NCBI GenBank assembly: GCA_010093745.1
Contig: MU005992.1
Location: 124,001 to 170,182, forward strand
Length of the DNA: 46,182 nt
Source: Piedraia hortae CBS 480.64
Lineage: Eukaryota
Direction of reading: 5' to 3'
Shown piece after piece: positions 42,569 to 46,182 of this stretch. Positions within the stretch are counted from its first letter, which is position 1; the number at the start of each line of letters is the position of its first letter. The translations under genes and the position numbers were made by a program. The notes beneath the pieces were generated by a model that made no database searches, was not told the DNA's origin, and was given only the letters and a program-made list of their open reading frames with translations.

Positions 42569-44135
42569 ATGGCAGCCCCAGGCGGTAAATTCTGGTCAGT
42601 ACCATGTACATACTTTTTCCATGCAGAATCCTTCGCTGACACAAAGGCAGTATGCGGGACCCTCCACCTGCGTCATCTAGAATAACATTCTCACCTTCGC
42701 TGCAACAGTCGTTCAAGATAACCTCGCGGTCAAGGCCCTGCACCATGAAAGCTTCGAGCAGTTGTGGAAGGTCAAGTGGCAGGCACTGGTATGTGTACCT
42801 CGAACTATGGAAAAGTGTGACTGATCCTTGATGCAGTGCCGCATGGGCGTGTATCCGTTCATGTTTGCCAAATATGAAGATTTCGTACCGATTGCTGATC
42901 AGTTGATAAAGGTATGTGGGAAGACGATGAAGCTAGCAGTCCTAAAAGTGAACAAGGAAGGCTTCAAAGAACCATATAAATGGAACGAGTATGCCCAGGT
43001 CTTTTGTAGGTGTTCTTCTGATGTGGAAGAGGTAGGAGCTAATACTATGTATAGTCCCAAAAGCCGAAGAATTGGTGCAGGAAGCCAATAAAGCTGAGAA
43101 AGCAGGCGAAAAAGAAAAGGCCTCGGAGTTTTACCTGCATGTAACACAAGTCAAACACTAAGCCCTCGCTGACATTTTTCCAGACGAGCGTCAGCTGTGT
43201 ATCGAATCTCACGCTTCCCAATACCACGAAGTGAGAAGCAGCGATATGCCTGGGAGCAGGGCAAAAAAGCAGCACTCAAAGGCCTGGAGCTGAAAGAGCG
43301 GCCAACAAGGGAGGTCACAATTCTTCACAAGCACGGCCTCGAGCACGAAGGCAAGGAAATCAAATTCTTCTACCATCTCCCACCCGAAGCCTCCAAAGAG
43401 AAGCCCGTACCGCTGGTCATAATCTTTACCGGCCTGGATGGTTACCGAACCGAGCTCGCAGTCTGGGTCCAAGTCTGGACAGCCAAGCAAGTAGCTGTCG
43501 TGATTCTCGAAGTTCCCGGAACGGGTGACTCGCCCGCAGATCCCAAGGATGTGAAATCGCCTGACCGTGAGTGGTCAAGCCTCTTCGACTGGATCGGTCA
43601 GCAAACCGAGATCAACCAGCGATCGATCGCCCTCTGGGGCTTTAGCACTGGGGGCTACTATGCCATCCGCATAGCACATACCCACCACGACCGTCTCGCT
43701 GGCGTTGCGGCCCTAGGCGGCGGCTGCCATTACATGTTTGCTCCGGACTGGTTGGACCAAGTTAACCATCTCGAGTATCCCTTTGACCTCGCCAATGCCC
43801 TGGCCCACAAATGGGGCTATGGAAACGACGTGGAAACCTTCAAAAAGGAAGCCATGAAGAACTTTTCCCTCGTAGAGGACAAAACACTCGACAGTCCCGA
43901 CTGCACGCGTTTGCTCCTAGTCAATGGAGAGAACGACGAAATCTTCCCCATCGACGATTATTACGAGTGCCTGTTCCACGGCAAACCAAAGGAAGTTCGC
44001 TTTGTTCATGGGAGGAAGCATATGGGTGAACCGGAAAGCTTTTCAATCGTAATCAAATGGATCTATGACCTCTTCGGACTCGAAGGTGAACCGAAAGATG
44101 TGCTTAAGCTGCTACCTTTCAAAGCCAAGTTTTAG
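42569..44135 (+). CDS. AYG1: Ayg1/Yg1-like alpha/beta hydrolase (polyketide-shortening enzyme of DHN melanin synthesis); exons 42569-42593, 42709-42788, 42837-42911, 42957-43005, 43055-43136, 43184-44135
   Basis: Spliced product MAAPGGKFFVQDNLAVKALHHESFEQLWKVKWQALCRMGVYPF...YLRASAVYRISRFP...TGLDGYRTE...WGFSTGGYYA...DEIFPIDD...HMGEP. Confidence 0.88.
42594..42708 (+). other. [D1,2] spliceosomal twin intron (internal intron 42595-42650 inside the donor of an external intron)
   Basis: G|GTCAGT...GCTGAC...GGCAG|TATGC...CAG. Only two-step removal keeps the AYG1 reading frame. Confidence 0.8.
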
Positions 44136-44181
44136 ACTGTGTGTCTGCAAAGAGGAAAAAGTACGTAGATGATTGAACGAT

Positions 44182-44484
44182 TCAGTTTCCTAGACCAGTT
44201 GCAGAATTGAGCACCTTATCGCCACCATCAACCAAATCCTTCCAGGGATCTTCAATAAAACTTGGCATAAAGTAGATATCATCACCCATTTCGTTCTGTT
44301 TCTGTTTAGGTCGTTTATCTTCTTCCATTACTTTTTGAGATTTGCTGGGAGGTGGTGTGACTTTGGCTGGAGCAGTGGAAGAGAAGTGATCGTCGGTGTA
44401 TGCGCGCTTCGTACTGGCTTTCTGCATCCCGAACGAGCCAAAGCCCATTGCTTGGGCGACGTCTATTTCCTCTGGTTCGGACAT
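44182..44484 (-). CDS. Small protein with AMGFGSFG and YFMPSFIEDPW motifs (MPLKIP/TTDN1-like C-terminus)
   Basis: 100-aa ATG ORF with two conserved-looking motifs separated by a low-complexity linker. Confidence 0.65.
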   Translation of the reverse strand: MSEPEEIDVAQAMGFGSFGMQKASTKRAYTDDHFSSTAPAKVTPPPSKSQKVMEEDKRPKQKQNEMGDDIYFMPSFIEDPWKDLVDGGDKVLNSATGLGN

Positions 44485-44923
44485 CGCTGGAAAGGAACGT
44501 TTTTCTTCGAGAGGGAGGCACTGGGAAGTGTTCTGAAGGCCTGGCGGCGATGCACACTTGCCGCTTCTGGAAAGACGATGCGCACGCGCCAGCCCAGGAT
44601 TTCCCAGTAGCACTCACACGTTGGCACCTGAAAGGGAATATCATTAGCCATCCCTTCCAGTTAAAGGGGGCGGACTGATGGTGTGAGTACTCTGAGACGT
44701 GAATGTATGTATAGTTATCTATACTGCATACATGGGAGGACGTTGTTTATGATCGTCACGTGACACATCCTTCAACTCTTTCCTGATCGCGTTAAAGTCG
44801 ATCTAATCAAGGCCATGCCAATGACTTGATATTACACTTTGCAATCCATAGCTTTTAGATACGAGAACAAGAACGCTTCAGCAACCAAACTAATGTACAG
44901 TCTCGCGAGTGTACAACTCTTGC

Positions 44924-46054
44924 TCAATTACTCGACAGTTTCTTGCTTGCAGATTGGTGTTCCAATTCGTCTGGCACGCTACTAAGGTCCAGCGAATCGT
45001 CGTCGGCATGATCATAATGAGCAACCCCGTCCAGCTCGCTGCCCGGGATCACTTGTGGGCTGGGAGATTCATCCTTATGTTCGAATTCCGGAGCATCCTC
45101 CATTGACTCTTCCCCAGCTTCCACTTCCATTTCGCCATTTGCGCTGTGGTCAGTGTGGATGTTATCTTGCTGGTCTTCAGAATCCTCCTGAATTCTTTCC
45201 ACAAGCTCTTCCAGCAGAATCTCCTGCCCTTCCTCAGGTTTTGGTGCCAGCTCCTCAAATGCCGGAGCCTCTTCCATCTCTACATCCGCTTCGGGAGCGT
45301 TCTGCACTGCCTCAAGTACCTCACCGGGCGAGGCGGCGCCTATCGTGCTCCCCCTCGGCAGAGGTGAGTGTGCAGGCATTGGAGATTTTGCCAGCAACGA
45401 GGAATGACCCGGCAGTGGCGACTTCTCGGGCGGTGAATCCGGAACCTTAAGAGCATCGTCTTTTGCGGCTTTTATAGACCTGACCATATCCTCGCTGACC
45501 TTTGCCACATTCTCAAACAGCTCTCTCCTCGTTGCCCAAATGCCTTCATACCGAGCTCCTTCAGCTTCCAGTTCCGCAATTTCCCTCTCCAGCGCTGCAA
45601 TCTCTACCCTACGCTCCTCTCTCGCCTTCAGCTTCGGATCATCCAGTATTTTTGCCGCGAGCTCGTCATAGCCCTTGCGCTGGCTTAGCACCTGCTGCGC
45701 ATCCGCTAGCTGTGCGCGAAGCGCAACCGTGCTCTCGCGTACGGAGCTGGCGGAAGAGAGGATCCTGGCTTTTTCGGCCGCATACCGCTCCCTTTCCCGC
45801 GCGTGAGAGGTCTGGATGCTCTGGATGCGAAGAATGCTGTTGTTGAAGGCGGCAAAGTCGAGAGATATCTCGGCGTAAAGCTTGTCCGGGTTGGTAGTGT
45901 CGCGCAAGAGGGCTTTGGTGAGCCGTTGGAAGGGCCGCTCCTCCACGTTCAGTAAACGCGTCGCGTGTAGCGCGTCTTCTTGAGCTTGCTCCGGGAGTGG
46001 GCCATAGTGGTAGCCATGCGTGGGGGGCAGATCGGTCATGGTGTATGGAGGCAT
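44924..46054 (-). CDS. THOC7: THO complex subunit 7 (Thoc7/Mft1-like) with an acidic tail
   Basis: EDALHATRLLNVEERPFQRLTK...LDFAAFNNSILRIQ...ERERYAAEK...RKGYDELAAKI coiled coil. The start could be 46054 or 46039. Confidence 0.78.
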   Translation of the reverse strand: MPPYTMTDLPPTHGYHYGPLPEQAQEDALHATRLLNVEERPFQRLTKALLRDTTNPDKLYAEISLDFAAFNNSILRIQSIQTSHARERERYAAEKARILSSASSVRESTVALRAQLADAQQVLSQRKGYDELAAKILDDPKLKAREERRVEIAALEREIAELEAEGARYEGIWATRRELFENVAKVSEDMVRSIKAAKDDALKVPDSPPEKSPLPGHSSLLAKSPMPAHSPLPRGSTIGAASPGEVLEAVQNAPEADVEMEEAPAFEELAPKPEEGQEILLEELVERIQEDSEDQQDNIHTDHSANGEMEVEAGEESMEDAPEFEHKDESPSPQVIPGSELDGVAHYDHADDDSLDLSSVPDELEHQSASKKLSSN

Positions 46055-46182
46055 TGTCGCGCGGTTTGAAGGTTGCGGTGGATGGGTGTAGTCACAGTGT
46101 GACCCCATGTGAAGCGGAAGGTGTATTATAATTGTGAGCAGATGTGTACCTGCATACAAATCTCTACGGAAAACTAGTTGAC

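Noticed and set aside
11580..46054. Functional cluster of mRNA-processing genes (PRP6, GBP2, THOC7, MPLKIP-like)
   Set aside because: They are spread over 35 kb among unrelated housekeeping genes, which is compatible with chance.

Overview
Gene-dense eukaryotic DNA from a filamentous ascomycete. Protein style and the short intergenic and intron lengths suggest a compact-genome Dothideomycete (inference). I can support 24 protein-coding genes plus one gene interrupted by an in-frame stop. Most are housekeeping genes: PMR1, RAD21, SPT3, DPH5, an ArAE/FUSC-like membrane protein, PRP6, a patatin phospholipase, a PXA-PX protein, TYS1, a NYN-domain protein, GBP2/HRB1, RPN12, RSM18, CIA84, an IFI27-like protein, a DUF3824-type protein, RPL28, INH1, hexokinase, AYG1 and THOC7. 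Introns were located by hand from GT/AG, branch sites and frame continuity. I found no tRNA, rRNA, CRISPR or recognisable transposon. The most interesting signals are in RNA processing: (1) a [D1,2] spliceosomal twin intron (stwintron) plus a GC-AG intron in AYG1; (2) an 8-nt microexon with a competing stop-introducing acceptor in the 9-intron GBP2/HRB1 gene; (3) a Cys/His-rich gene split by one in-frame TGA; (4) an array of seven AG|GT donor-like motifs downstream of RPL28.
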